A stretch of DNA of 39,953 bases, taken from IMG/VR virus record IMGVR_UViG_3300050516_000005. One strand, given 5' to 3'. How positions within the stretch are numbered: the stretch's first letter is position 1; every line of letters begins with the position of its first letter. The notes under the pieces were generated by a model. That model did not search any database, had not been told where the DNA came from, and was given only the letters and a program-made list of their open reading frames with translations. The position numbers and the translations under genes are program-made. Shown in pieces: positions 22,423-31,450 of this stretch. Source of the stretch: a virus.

Positions 22423-23809
22423 GAAGGAGAAACTGCTTGCGCTGCTCCGCGAGCGGGATCGGCGTGCCAGGACGAACCTCCTTGCCACGTATCAGCCGTA
22501 CCCAAAGCAGATGGAGTTCCATCACGCCGGGCAGGAGTTCCGCGAACGCTGCCTGATGGCGGGTAACCAGCTAGGTAAGACATGGTCCGCTGGATTCGAA
22601 ATGGCGATGCACCTGACGGGCCGGTACCCGGAGTGGTGGACGGGTCGTAAGTGGGCCGTGCCTATCGTCGCGTGGTGCGCCTCGGAGACGATGGAAGTAT
22701 CTCGTGATGCCGCTCAGCGCATTCTGTTGGGTAGAGATACGGAACGAGGCACGGGAGCGATTCCTGGCGATGACATCATCGAACTGAAGTCGTATCCGAA
22801 CGTGGCTGGTGCTGTGACGATGGCGAAGATTCGTCATATCACGGGCGGCACGTCCATCGTTATCTTCAAGTCTTACGATCAGGGACGCCAGAAGTTCCAG
22901 GGTGACTCCATCGATATTTTCTGGCCCGACGAAGAGCCACCGGAGTCGGTCTACACGGAAGGGCTGACCCGAACGAACGCGACGAACGGTATCGTTATGA
23001 TGACGTACACGCCGCTCTTGGGTATGTCGAACGTCACTAAACGGTTCCTGATGGAGCCGAGCGACGACCGTATCGTGGTGAAAATGACCATCGATGACGC
23101 CTTGCACTACACGCAAGAGAAGCGCGACCAGATTATCGCATCTTACCCTGAGCACGAGCGTGAGGCCCGGACGATGGGTATCCCGGTCATGGGTTCGGGT
23201 AAGGTGTTCCCGATCACCGAGGCGAGGATAAAATACGAATCGGGCGACGTTACGATTCAGCCTCACTGGGCCAGGATATCTGGCATCGATTTCGGGTGGG
23301 ATCACCCCACGGGCTGGGCGGCTCTGGCCTGGGACCGCGATTCGGACGTAATCTACGTGTACGACTGTTTCGGGGTGCGTAACTCAACGCCGATCATGAC
23401 GGCGGGAATGATCCGCCCCAAGGGTGACTGGATTCCTATCGCGTGGCCTCACGATGGGTTGCAGCACGATAAAGGGTCTGGCGAGCAGTTGGCCGAGCAG
23501 TACCGGAGCCAGGGGCTCAATATGCTGCCTAATCGGGTCACTTTTGAGGACGGCACGAATGGTGTTGAGGCCGGTATTATGGATATGTATGACCGGATGC
23601 AGACGGGTCGTCTTAAAGTGGCATCCCATTTGACCGATTTCTGGTCGGAATTCCGTTTATATCACCGGAAGGACGGGAAAATCGTCAAGGAAAACGACGA
23701 CGTCATTTCTGCGGTAAGATACGCCATTATGGGGAAGCGGTACGCCGTGACGAAATCGGAAACAGCCCCGTTAGTCCTTAACTTCAGGTCTCAATTCCGC
23801 CATGGCTAA
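22397..23809 (+). CDS. terL: Terminase large subunit
   Basis: YPKQMEFHHAG ... MAGNQLGKTWS (Walker A, T4 gp17-like QLGKT) ... IFWPDEEP (Walker B region); C-terminal nuclease-like half; followed by the portal gene. Confidence 0.9.
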   Translation: MAAVLTESKKEKLLALLRERDRRARTNLLATYQPYPKQMEFHHAGQEFRERCLMAGNQLGKTWSAGFEMAMHLTGRYPEWWTGRKWAVPIVAWCASETMEVSRDAAQRILLGRDTERGTGAIPGDDIIELKSYPNVAGAVTMAKIRHITGGTSIVIFKSYDQGRQKFQGDSIDIFWPDEEPPESVYTEGLTRTNATNGIVMMTYTPLLGMSNVTKRFLMEPSDDRIVVKMTIDDALHYTQEKRDQIIASYPEHEREARTMGIPVMGSGKVFPITEARIKYESGDVTIQPHWARISGIDFGWDHPTGWAALAWDRDSDVIYVYDCFGVRNSTPIMTAGMIRPKGDWIPIAWPHDGLQHDKGSGEQLAEQYRSQGLNMLPNRVTFEDGTNGVEAGIMDMYDRMQTGRLKVASHLTDFWSEFRLYHRKDGKIVKENDDVISAVRYAIMGKRYAVTKSETAPLVLNFRSQFRHG

Positions 23810-25919
23810 ATCGTATAAAGAACTCGAAGACGTCAAGCCGGTCCTGAAGGACAAGGATGACCCTAATGACACATTCCTATCGGAAATGCGTGATCGTTTC
23901 GAGCGATGCGTGGACTGGGATCGCGACCTTCGTATCGCCGCGCTGGAAGATATGAAGTTTACGTTCGTGCCTGGCAATCAATGGGACAGTTACGCGACAT
24001 CCCTGCGTCGGGATCGTCCGTGTTACGAGTTCAATAAGGTGCGTCAGTCGGTCCGACAGATTACTGGCGACCAGTTACAGAATCGTCCCGGCATTAAGAT
24101 CAGGCCGACCGAAGAGGGTGATGAGGATACGGCGGAAGTCATCGAGGGAATTATTCGAAATATCGAATCGGTGTCCCATGCCGAGCGCGCTTACGATAAT
24201 GCGTTCCAGTTTTCATGCGCTGGCGGTTATGGCGTATGGCGTGTGGTGACGGATTATCGAGACCAGAATGATTTTGACCTGGATATTTTCATTAAGGAAG
24301 TTCGTAATCCATTCGCCGCGTATTGCGACCCGGATGCGAAGGAATTCGACCGCCGAGACGCGAAGTTCTGGTTTCTGTGTGATTACATGGGTCGTAAAGC
24401 ATTCAAGCAGAAATACCCGGATGCGGAGAATGCCGATTTCTTCAGTTCCAACGTCGGCGATCAGTTGTCGCAGTGGTACGAGACCGACAAGGTGCGTATC
24501 GCGGAATACTGGTACAAGGAGCCGATTGAGCGGACGATCTACCAGTTGAATGACGGGCGCGTCGTGGACGCGGAGGATTTCGATCCGCACGCCGAGACGT
24601 TCGAACTGGCCGGTATTCGCCCGGTGAAGCAGAAAGTGATCCAGGACGAGCGGGTCATGATGGAAATCGTGTCCGGTTGTCAGCGGCTTGAGGGGCCGTT
24701 CGAATGGCCAGGGAAGTACATCCCGTTCGTTCCGGTATGGGGTGACATCCTGAACGTCGAGGGGCGTGATCTGTGGTCCGGTATGGTGCGATTCGCCAAG
24801 GACGCGCAGCGACTGTTCAACTTCGAGCAGTCCACGCTGGTCGAACTAGTCGCCAAGCAGCCGCAGCAGCCGTTCACCGGCCCGGCCGAAGCCATCAAGG
24901 GATACGAGAAGTTCTACGAGAACCTGGGCGATATGGACGTGCCGTTCCTGCCATACAAGGTCGTGGCGGATGCGCCCAATGGCGGACAGCCGCAGCGCCT
25001 CGCTGGTGCGGTCCTGCCAGCCGCGTGGGCGAACCTGTCGGCGATGGCCTCGGACAACATCAAGGCGACGCTGGGTATCTATGACGCGTCGCTGGGCGCG
25101 CGTTCGAACGAAACGTCGGGGCGGGCTATCATGGCTCGCCAGCGAGAGGGCGACGTCGCGAATTTCGTCTACACGGACAACCTGGCGAAGGCGCTGAAGT
25201 ATACCGGCGAGATCCTGGTGGACCTTATTCCGCGTGTGATCGACACAGAACGGGCGATGCGTATCCTGGGCCAGGACGGAGCTCAGAAGTGGGTCACCGT
25301 CAATAAGGCCATGCAGGACCCGCAGACGGGCGAATGGGTGACCGTAAACGACTTGTCGCTAGGTAAATACGATGTCACCGTAACCACGGGTCCGTCTTAC
25401 ACCACGCAGCGGATGGAAGCCGCCGATGCCGCCATGCAGCTGTCGAACAATCCGGGTCCGTTCGGCATGCTGATGCAGTATGCGTTCCTGAAGAACTCCG
25501 ACTTTCCGAACATGGACGAAGTGGTCGCCGCGTCGCGTCAGTTCTTGGTCAACCAGGGACTGCTCAAGCCCGGTGAAGGCGATACGCCGCCGCCGCCTCC
25601 GCAGCCCAATCCATCCGATGTGGCGGATGCTGACCTCAAGGCCGCGCAGGCCGAGAACTTCAAGGCGAAAACTGCGCAGATCACCGCCACGATCCCGGGG
25701 CAGGTTGCCAAGGATCAGGCTTCCGCGAATGAGCAGAACGCCAAGGCAGTGCGTAATGCCGCTGACACGCACCATGCGATTGAAGACCGTCTGATGGCGG
25801 GTATCGCCTCGCCACCGCCGTTGAATACCGGTCTGACCGAACAAGATCCAAACGACATCATGCCGGGGATGAGCCCTGATACTGCCACGCCAGCAGACCC
25901 TAATGGCGGAACCTACTGA
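23802..25919 (+). CDS. Portal protein, P22 gp1-like
   Basis: Recalled P22 gp1 matches: GGYGVWRVVTDYRDQ vs AGVGAWRLVTDYEDQ; RIAEYWY vs QIAEFYE; GKYIPFVPVWGD vs GEHIPIVPVFGE; VRFAKDAQRLFN vs VRLTKDGQRLRN. Confidence 0.9.
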   Translation: MAKSYKELEDVKPVLKDKDDPNDTFLSEMRDRFERCVDWDRDLRIAALEDMKFTFVPGNQWDSYATSLRRDRPCYEFNKVRQSVRQITGDQLQNRPGIKIRPTEEGDEDTAEVIEGIIRNIESVSHAERAYDNAFQFSCAGGYGVWRVVTDYRDQNDFDLDIFIKEVRNPFAAYCDPDAKEFDRRDAKFWFLCDYMGRKAFKQKYPDAENADFFSSNVGDQLSQWYETDKVRIAEYWYKEPIERTIYQLNDGRVVDAEDFDPHAETFELAGIRPVKQKVIQDERVMMEIVSGCQRLEGPFEWPGKYIPFVPVWGDILNVEGRDLWSGMVRFAKDAQRLFNFEQSTLVELVAKQPQQPFTGPAEAIKGYEKFYENLGDMDVPFLPYKVVADAPNGGQPQRLAGAVLPAAWANLSAMASDNIKATLGIYDASLGARSNETSGRAIMARQREGDVANFVYTDNLAKALKYTGEILVDLIPRVIDTERAMRILGQDGAQKWVTVNKAMQDPQTGEWVTVNDLSLGKYDVTVTTGPSYTTQRMEAADAAMQLSNNPGPFGMLMQYAFLKNSDFPNMDEVVAASRQFLVNQGLLKPGEGDTPPPPPQPNPSDVADADLKAAQAENFKAKTAQITATIPGQVAKDQASANEQNAKAVRNAADTHHAIEDRLMAGIASPPPLNTGLTEQDPNDIMPGMSPDTATPADPNGGTY

Positions 25920-25933
25920 TAGGTATATTGAAA

Positions 25934-26875
25934 ATGGCCGACGAACAGAATAGTATCCAAGTCGAAAGTTCCTCCGATACGTTGGGTGAGGCTCCGGTAA
26001 AGAGCACGCCCGTCGCATCGGAACAACCCACGGCGGGCAAGCCGGTTGATCCTTCCCAAGGGTCAGAAGAAGTAAGCGATGACGAGCACGGCGACGAAGC
26101 CGGTGATGAAGTAGGGGGCGAACAGCAGCCCGGCGAACCTGGCAAGGCGAAAACGCCGCGAGGGGTTCAGAAGAAGCTGGATAAGCTGACAGCGCGTTCG
26201 AAGACGGCTGAGCAGGAGAGGGATTACTGGCGTGCTGAGGCGCTTAAGGCGCAACAGGCCAGTAAGAGCGGTCCCGAGGCACCATCCAAGCCTTCCAGTG
26301 ACACCAAGCCGACCCTTGAGCAGTTCGATTACGATCAAGAGGCTTATTTGGCTGCTGCCACGGCGTACAACGTCGCGCAGGAGCTTAAGAAGTTTCGCGA
26401 GAATGACGAAAAGCAGAAAGAGCAGCTAACCGTCGCGGAAAAGACGAAGGCATGGAAGGAAAAGGCCGACGCTTTTGCTGAAGATCATCCCGATTTTCAG
26501 GAAGTGGCGTTGAATCCTTCGCTTCCGGTCACTGAGGTAATGGCAGAGGTCATTCGCGACTCCGAAGTGGGCCACGAGCTTCTGTATTTCCTTGGAAAGA
26601 ACCCGGAAGAAGCTGCGCGAATCGCACAGATGAAGCCGCATGCCGTAGGTGTCGCCCTTGGGCGCATTGAGGCTGGCCTTATCAAGCCCTCCGAAGTCCA
26701 GTTCACCGATACCGTCGAGCGTGAGCAGCCTGAGAAAAAAGTCACCCAGGCGCCACCTCCGATCAAGACGTTGAATCCATCGGCACCGGTCAAGAGAAAT
26801 CTTGCCGATATGACCATGGAGGATTACGCAGCGGAGAGGCAGCGAACCCGCCGTAAGTCAAACGGCTTCCTCTGA
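25934..26875 (+). CDS. Scaffolding protein (candidate; TTG at 25928 is an alternative start)
   Basis: Acidic and Lys/Glu/Ala-rich, predicted helical; located between portal and coat as in P22. Confidence 0.65.
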   Translation: MADEQNSIQVESSSDTLGEAPVKSTPVASEQPTAGKPVDPSQGSEEVSDDEHGDEAGDEVGGEQQPGEPGKAKTPRGVQKKLDKLTARSKTAEQERDYWRAEALKAQQASKSGPEAPSKPSSDTKPTLEQFDYDQEAYLAAATAYNVAQELKKFRENDEKQKEQLTVAEKTKAWKEKADAFAEDHPDFQEVALNPSLPVTEVMAEVIRDSEVGHELLYFLGKNPEEAARIAQMKPHAVGVALGRIEAGLIKPSEVQFTDTVEREQPEKKVTQAPPPIKTLNPSAPVKRNLADMTMEDYAAERQRTRRKSNGFL

Positions 26876-26893
26876 TTTTAAAGGACCAACCTC

Positions 26894-28081
26894 ATGGCAA
26901 ATAACACTGCCGTTATCCAGATGGTGACCAAAGAGTCCCTGATGGTTCTCGCCGAAAAGCTCGGCTTCCTGAAGCGCATCAACCGCCAGTATGACTCGTC
27001 GTTCGCGAAGAATGGCGCGAAGATTGGCGATACACTGAATATTCGTGTGCCCGGTCACGGCATCGTCCGTAATGGTCGCGTCATGAACCTTCAGGATCTC
27101 AACGACAAGACCGTCCCGCTTCAGATCAACAACCAGCTTGGCGTTGATCTTGGCATGACCTCCGCCGACTACGCGCTCTCGATTGACGAGATTCGCGACC
27201 GTTACATCGAGCCGCGCATGACCGACTTGGCCGCAGCCATCGAAGGTTCGGTCATGGCTAACGTGATCCCGGGTATTCCGGGTGTCGTGGGCGATGGCGG
27301 CGCGCTGGATGACTATGCCACGGTGCTCCAAGCGACGGAGCGTCTCAACAACAACCTGGCCCCCATCAGCCCGCGTACGTTCATGACCACCAACTCCGCG
27401 CAGCGTCAGGCGGCGGATGCGTTCAAGACGTACTTCAACAGCCAGACTCAGATCGCCAATCAGTACGAAGATGGCGTGATGGGTCGCATGGGTGGTTTCG
27501 ACTGGTATTCGTCCTCGCTGATGCCGACGCATACGCGTGGTACCGCGAACGGTTCTTATCTGGTGAATGGTGCGGGCCAGACCGGATCGTCGCTCATTGT
27601 GGATACGGGTACTGGTACGCTTACGGTGGGTGATGTCATCACCATTGCCGGCGTATTCGACGTGCAGTCGCAGACCAAGGCTCCGCTCGGTTATCTGAAG
27701 CAGTTCACCGTGACGGCAGCGTTTTCCGGTGGCGGTGGTACGGTGTCGATCAGCCCGGCTATCGTGACCACTGGTGAGTACCAGAACGTCTCGGCGGCTC
27801 CGGCAGACAATGCGCAGGTTTCGGTCTTCGGCACCTCGGGTCAGACCTGGGGCGAGAACGTCGCGTTCGCGCGTGACGCGTTCGTGTTTGCGACCGCCGA
27901 CCTTCCGCTCCCGCCGAAGAAGGATGCCGCCCGTGCCAGCTTCCAGGGCATTTCTCTGCGTACCATCAACGACTTCGACACGGTGAACGACATGTTCATT
28001 ACCCGCGTCGATGTGATCTTCGGCTCGGCGGTGCTCCGTCCGGAACTGGCGATCCGCGTACCGAACAACCCGACCCTGTAA
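26894..28081 (+). CDS. Major capsid (coat) protein, P22 coat-family-like
   Basis: Synteny after the scaffold gene; 395 aa; N-terminus MANNTAVIQMVTKESLMVLAEKLGFLKRINRQYDSSFAKNGAKIGDTLNIRVP typical of P22-type coat family members; strong AAGGA SD. Confidence 0.8.
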   Translation: MANNTAVIQMVTKESLMVLAEKLGFLKRINRQYDSSFAKNGAKIGDTLNIRVPGHGIVRNGRVMNLQDLNDKTVPLQINNQLGVDLGMTSADYALSIDEIRDRYIEPRMTDLAAAIEGSVMANVIPGIPGVVGDGGALDDYATVLQATERLNNNLAPISPRTFMTTNSAQRQAADAFKTYFNSQTQIANQYEDGVMGRMGGFDWYSSSLMPTHTRGTANGSYLVNGAGQTGSSLIVDTGTGTLTVGDVITIAGVFDVQSQTKAPLGYLKQFTVTAAFSGGGGTVSISPAIVTTGEYQNVSAAPADNAQVSVFGTSGQTWGENVAFARDAFVFATADLPLPPKKDAARASFQGISLRTINDFDTVNDMFITRVDVIFGSAVLRPELAIRVPNNPTL

Positions 28082-28091
28082 GGAGATAGAC

Positions 28092-28292
28092 ATGGCTATC
28101 ACTCACGATCTCACGTTCCACACCGCCCCTGGTACCACCGATGGTGCCGTCATGGGTCGGGACACCACCTCCAAGGATGCGTTCTTCGGTGGCGTTCCGG
28201 CTATTCAGCCGACCCTGTCGCTTGGTTCGGCGACCACGACTCAGATCGTCCAGGCTCTCGCCTCGCTGAATCTGGTCAAGACCACGGCGTAA
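28092..28292 (+). CDS. Small head-associated hypothetical protein (66 aa)
   Basis: AAGGAGATAGAC ATG directly after the coat gene. Confidence 0.55.
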   Translation: MAITHDLTFHTAPGTTDGAVMGRDTTSKDAFFGGVPAIQPTLSLGSATTTQIVQALASLNLVKTTA

Positions 28293-28361
28293 TCACTGCA
28301 TGGATACGGCGGGTGTTCCAGGATTTTACAGGGCGCCCGCCCTATCTACCGGAGATAGAAC

Positions 28362-28730
28362 ATGACCACTGCAAAGAAAAAGGCTGACGAGAAGCACGCA
28401 CGTTACCTCGTCAACCCGGATACCAACCACGTCGAACTCGTGCACGCCGATGACGTGGAAGATCGTCAGGGTAAGGGCTGGAAGGACCCGGAAGGCAAGA
28501 TGGCGAATGGTGCCGACTGGAACTCGGAAGAGCTTCAGGAGCAGGCGAATGCCGCAGCCGATCAGGCGAAGGTAGCCGCCGATGCCAAGGCTGAAAAGGA
28601 TGCCAAGCAGGCCGAAGAGGCTGAAAAGGCACGTGCCGAGGCGGAGAAGAACGCCCCGCAGGCCCAGCCGAAGGCCGATATGCGCGTTGAGGTCGTCCAG
28701 CACGCCGCTGAGCCGAAATCCAAGAAGTAA
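28362..28730 (+). CDS. Lys/Ala/Glu-rich hypothetical protein (122 aa)
   Basis: GGAGATAGAAC ATG; low-complexity AKVAADAKAEKDAKQAEEAEKARAEAEK segment; followed by a terminator. Confidence 0.55.
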   Translation: MTTAKKKADEKHARYLVNPDTNHVELVHADDVEDRQGKGWKDPEGKMANGADWNSEELQEQANAAADQAKVAADAKAEKDAKQAEEAEKARAEAEKNAPQAQPKADMRVEVVQHAAEPKSKK

Positions 28731-28740
28731 GGTAAAATGG

Positions 28741-28768
28741 AACCGGGTCGCAATGGCCCGGTTTCTTT
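28741..28768 (+). terminator. Intrinsic terminator AACCGGG-tcgcaatgg-CCCGGTT followed by TCTTT
   Basis: Read directly, 11 nt after the stop of 28362..28730; the usual position for attenuation after head genes. Confidence 0.55.
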
Positions 28769-28782
28769 ATGTGGGGAGTGTT

Positions 28783-29205
28783 ATGACGACGGTTTCAAAA
28801 ATCGTGACGCGGGCACTCCGCAAGATCGGGGTTATCGACGCTGGCGAGTCCGCGACGGCCGTGGATTTCGAGACGGCCTTGGAAGAACTTAACTCGATGA
28901 TGATCGAGTGGGAATCCGAAGGCACCGCCACAGGTTGGACTGACGTCGAAAACCCATCTGATCCCATCCCTGTGCCGCGCGAAGACGAATCGGCTATCGT
29001 GTATAACCTGGCTGTTAGGTTGGCGCCTGAGTGGGATATGGAAGCGCCTGGCACGGTTGTATTGATGGCGTCTCAGTTGCGGCAGAACCTGGCGGCACGT
29101 CGTCTCACGGAAATGCCGTTGTCGGCGGCGAATTACACGATTGCGCCGTCGAATGGATGGTACGGATACAACGTTTATTATGACGGTTACGGGTTCCGTC
29201 GATGA
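28783..29205 (+). CDS. Head-completion / tail-adaptor protein, P22 gp4-like
   Basis: Recalled P22 gp4 matches: IVTRALRKIGV vs LVRAALRKLGV; ELNSMMIEW vs DLEAMMAEW; YNLAVRLAPEW vs HNLACRIAPDY. ATG 28783 after GGGGAG; the Arg-rich N-terminal extension of the track ORF is rejected. Confidence 0.8.
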   Translation: MTTVSKIVTRALRKIGVIDAGESATAVDFETALEELNSMMIEWESEGTATGWTDVENPSDPIPVPREDESAIVYNLAVRLAPEWDMEAPGTVVLMASQLRQNLAARRLTEMPLSAANYTIAPSNGWYGYNVYYDGYGFRR

Positions 29206-30602
29206 GCCTTCCGCTCGCCCCTCTGGACATCTTCGGCGGATCGTTCACCGACGAGACGAAGGCATTCGACCTTCAGGACTGCGTCAACTTCCTTCCCGAG
29301 CCTGCGGAAGACCCCAAAGCGCGCGCTAAGGGTGTCCTGCGTGGATGCCCCGGACTCAGGCTGTTCAAGGCGCTGGGTGGCTCATTCGGTAGCCGTGGCT
29401 GGCATAACTGCGAAGGCACGTTGTTCGTCGTCAACGGCACGACGCTCTACGAGATCCAGCCTGATTCCAGTGCTGTTTCACGTGGAACTGTTCCCGGTTC
29501 TGGCCCGGTTGATATGGAGCACAACCAGATTGCAGGAGGCAACGAGGTCGTGATTTTCACCGGGTCCGATGGATTTGTGTGGAATACCTACGCCAAGACG
29601 TTTACGCAGATCACCGATGATGCGTTTCCTGGGGCGTTCTCGGCGGGTTACATCGATAGTTACATCTGCGCCGTCGAGCCGCTTGGGCGGTATTGGTTTA
29701 CCTCTGACTTGGCGAACGCGACATCGTACGATGACACCAATCGGTACTCAGCGGAATCCGCGCCTGATGGGATCTTAGGGTTGCTTGTATCGCACTCTGA
29801 GGTCTGGGTATTCGGCCAGCGCACGATTGAGCATTTTCAGGACACCGGTTCGAACGACATAGCGTTCCAGCCAAATAAAGGAACTGTCATCGAGAAGGGC
29901 GTGGCGGGTCGTTACTGTTTCGCGCGTATGGATAACACGGTTTACTGGCTGGGTAACGATGGGATCGTGTATTCGGCAGGATCGGGGTATGCACCCACGC
30001 GGGTATCCACGCATGCCATCGAGCAGGCGATTGACGGTCTCAACCTGGCAAGCGCCAAGGCCTTCGTGTGGATTGACCGGGGGCACTCGGTGTTTTACCT
30101 GGACTTTCCCGACGGCCATACCTGGGGATTCGATGTTTCATCGGGTCTTTGGCACCGCCGTGAGTCGCATGGGCTGACCCGGTGGCGCGTGAATGACGCT
30201 ATTTACTGGAACGGCGGATGGTATGGCACGGATTTTGCCAACGGAAATATCTATCACCTTGATTGGGACGAATATACCGAGAATGGTGCGCCGCTCGTGG
30301 CGATGCGCCGGACTTCTTATCTGTCGTCCAACCAGAACCGGGTAAAAAATGCCGCACTGGAAATCGTCATGGACACGGGCAGGGGGCCGGTCGATGGGGA
30401 TTCGTGCGTGAATTTGCGGTATTCTGATGACAACGGATATACGTGGTCGAATTACCGGCAGATCTCGCTGGAAGATATCAATAATCGTGGGTATAGGGTG
30501 AGATTTACCCGTCTTGGATCGTTTTACCAGAGGGTTTACGAGATTATGGTGTCGTCAAATGTCAAACGAGACATTATCAGTGCATCCGGTGCGTTCGCAT
30601 GA
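29202..30602 (+). CDS. Tail hub / packaged-DNA stabilisation protein, P22 gp10-like
   Basis: YSAESAPDGILGLL...FGQRTIEHFQDTGS...VIEKGVAGRYCF vs P22 gp10 YRAESQPDGIIGIG...FGSSTIEYFSLTGA...MVQKGIAGTYCK; similar size (466 vs about 472 aa). Confidence 0.85.
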   Translation: MSLPLAPLDIFGGSFTDETKAFDLQDCVNFLPEPAEDPKARAKGVLRGCPGLRLFKALGGSFGSRGWHNCEGTLFVVNGTTLYEIQPDSSAVSRGTVPGSGPVDMEHNQIAGGNEVVIFTGSDGFVWNTYAKTFTQITDDAFPGAFSAGYIDSYICAVEPLGRYWFTSDLANATSYDDTNRYSAESAPDGILGLLVSHSEVWVFGQRTIEHFQDTGSNDIAFQPNKGTVIEKGVAGRYCFARMDNTVYWLGNDGIVYSAGSGYAPTRVSTHAIEQAIDGLNLASAKAFVWIDRGHSVFYLDFPDGHTWGFDVSSGLWHRRESHGLTRWRVNDAIYWNGGWYGTDFANGNIYHLDWDEYTENGAPLVAMRRTSYLSSNQNRVKNAALEIVMDTGRGPVDGDSCVNLRYSDDNGYTWSNYRQISLEDINNRGYRVRFTRLGSFYQRVYEIMVSSNVKRDIISASGAFA

Positions 30603-31177
30603 ACCATTTTCAGGAGATCGCCGGAAACATCGATATCATGCCGCTGCTCCTGGCGGTGAAGAGGCGTCCAGAGTTGTGGGAGAAGGACACGTTTCTCCGG
30701 GATTACAACCAGGGCGTCCCGTTCGGCTGCATGAAGACGATTTTTCTGCGTTGGCCGGTCATCGAAGACGGTTCAACGATGTCGGAGGAGGATGTTAAGG
30801 CATATCTGACTTCGGATCGTCAGCACGAGAGCGTTGACCATCCTGAGTACAAGATTCTGACCGAGGCACGGCCTCTGGTGATGAATCTGATGCATTACGT
30901 CGGCGGCGAGCGACTTGGTCGGGTGATGATCAATAAGCTGGAACCGGGTGGTTCGATTACGCCCCATGCGGATACTCCGGCACATGCGGATTATTACTCG
31001 CGGTTCCATTTGGTCTTGCAGTCCACTCCCGGTGTTGTGTTCCGTGCGGGGGATGAAGAAACCTACATGAAGACGGGTTTTTGGTACTGGTTCAACAACA
31101 AGGAAGTCCACACGGTGATCAACAACTCCGCTGATGACCGTATTCATATGATTGTTGATATTCGGACTAGTAGGTGA
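30599..31177 (+). CDS. Aspartyl/asparaginyl beta-hydroxylase-family 2OG/Fe(II) oxygenase-like cupin
   Basis: LEPGGSITPHADTPAH ... RFHLVLQS ... GFWYWFNNKEVHTVINNSADDRIHMIVD fits the Asp_Arg_Hydrox pattern (L.PG..I.PH.D ... R.HL.L ... H.v.N.s..R.h...D) with an HxD...H triad; ATGA overlap with the gp10-like stop. Confidence 0.7.
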   Translation: MNHFQEIAGNIDIMPLLLAVKRRPELWEKDTFLRDYNQGVPFGCMKTIFLRWPVIEDGSTMSEEDVKAYLTSDRQHESVDHPEYKILTEARPLVMNLMHYVGGERLGRVMINKLEPGGSITPHADTPAHADYYSRFHLVLQSTPGVVFRAGDEETYMKTGFWYWFNNKEVHTVINNSADDRIHMIVDIRTSR

Positions 31178-31181
31178 GGCT

Positions 31182-31385
31182 ATGACCGTATATACGAGGC
31201 CAGCTCCCGGAGAATGGGTTCAACCTGTAAGAACGGGTTACAAGCTGGCATGTTGTGACTGTGGATTGGTACACACCTTGGACTTTCGTGTTTACAAAGG
31301 AAGGGTGCAATTCAGGGCCGACAGGAACAACCGTTCGACCGCGATGATGAGGCGTCATAACCACAAAGATGGGGTGAGGAAATGA
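31182..31385 (+). CDS. Small Cys-containing basic protein (67 aa)
   Basis: ATG after GGTGAGG; GYKLACCDCGLVHTLDFRVYKGRVQFRADRNNRS. Confidence 0.55.
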   Translation: MTVYTRPAPGEWVQPVRTGYKLACCDCGLVHTLDFRVYKGRVQFRADRNNRSTAMMRRHNHKDGVRK

Positions 31386-31450
31386 GCTACTACGACCTTG
31401 AAGACGGCGAAGAATTCTTCGAAGCCCTGATGCGTTCGGTGCTGGAATGA
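31382..31450 (+). CDS. 22-aa acidic micro-ORF (MSYYDLEDGEEFFEALMRSVLE)
   Basis: Fills the 61-nt gap exactly, with ATGA overlaps at both ends (31382 and 31447). Confidence 0.35.
   Translation: MSYYDLEDGEEFFEALMRSVLE

Noticed and set aside
22571-23305. 244-aa minus-strand ORF inside terL (likewise 25359..26018, 24213..24590, 36373..36879, 36608..37102, 2201..2770 and 10757..11134)
   Set aside because: All are antisense to genes with clear motifs or synteny, and all have Arg/Pro/His-rich junk-like translations. None fits the strictly co-directional operon layout.
26858-28102. 414-aa minus-strand ORF covering the whole coat gene
   Set aside because: It is antisense to a well-supported P22-type coat gene. 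Its translation is Arg/His/Gly/Thr-rich and low-complexity, typical of spurious antisense ORFs in GC-rich genes. It has no SD or operon context.
28582-28782. Arg-rich N-terminal extension of the gp4-like ORF (207-aa track ORF)
   Set aside because: It overlaps 28362..28730 out of frame and spans the terminator hairpin. The P22 gp4-like similarity starts only after ATG 28783, which has a GGGGAG SD.
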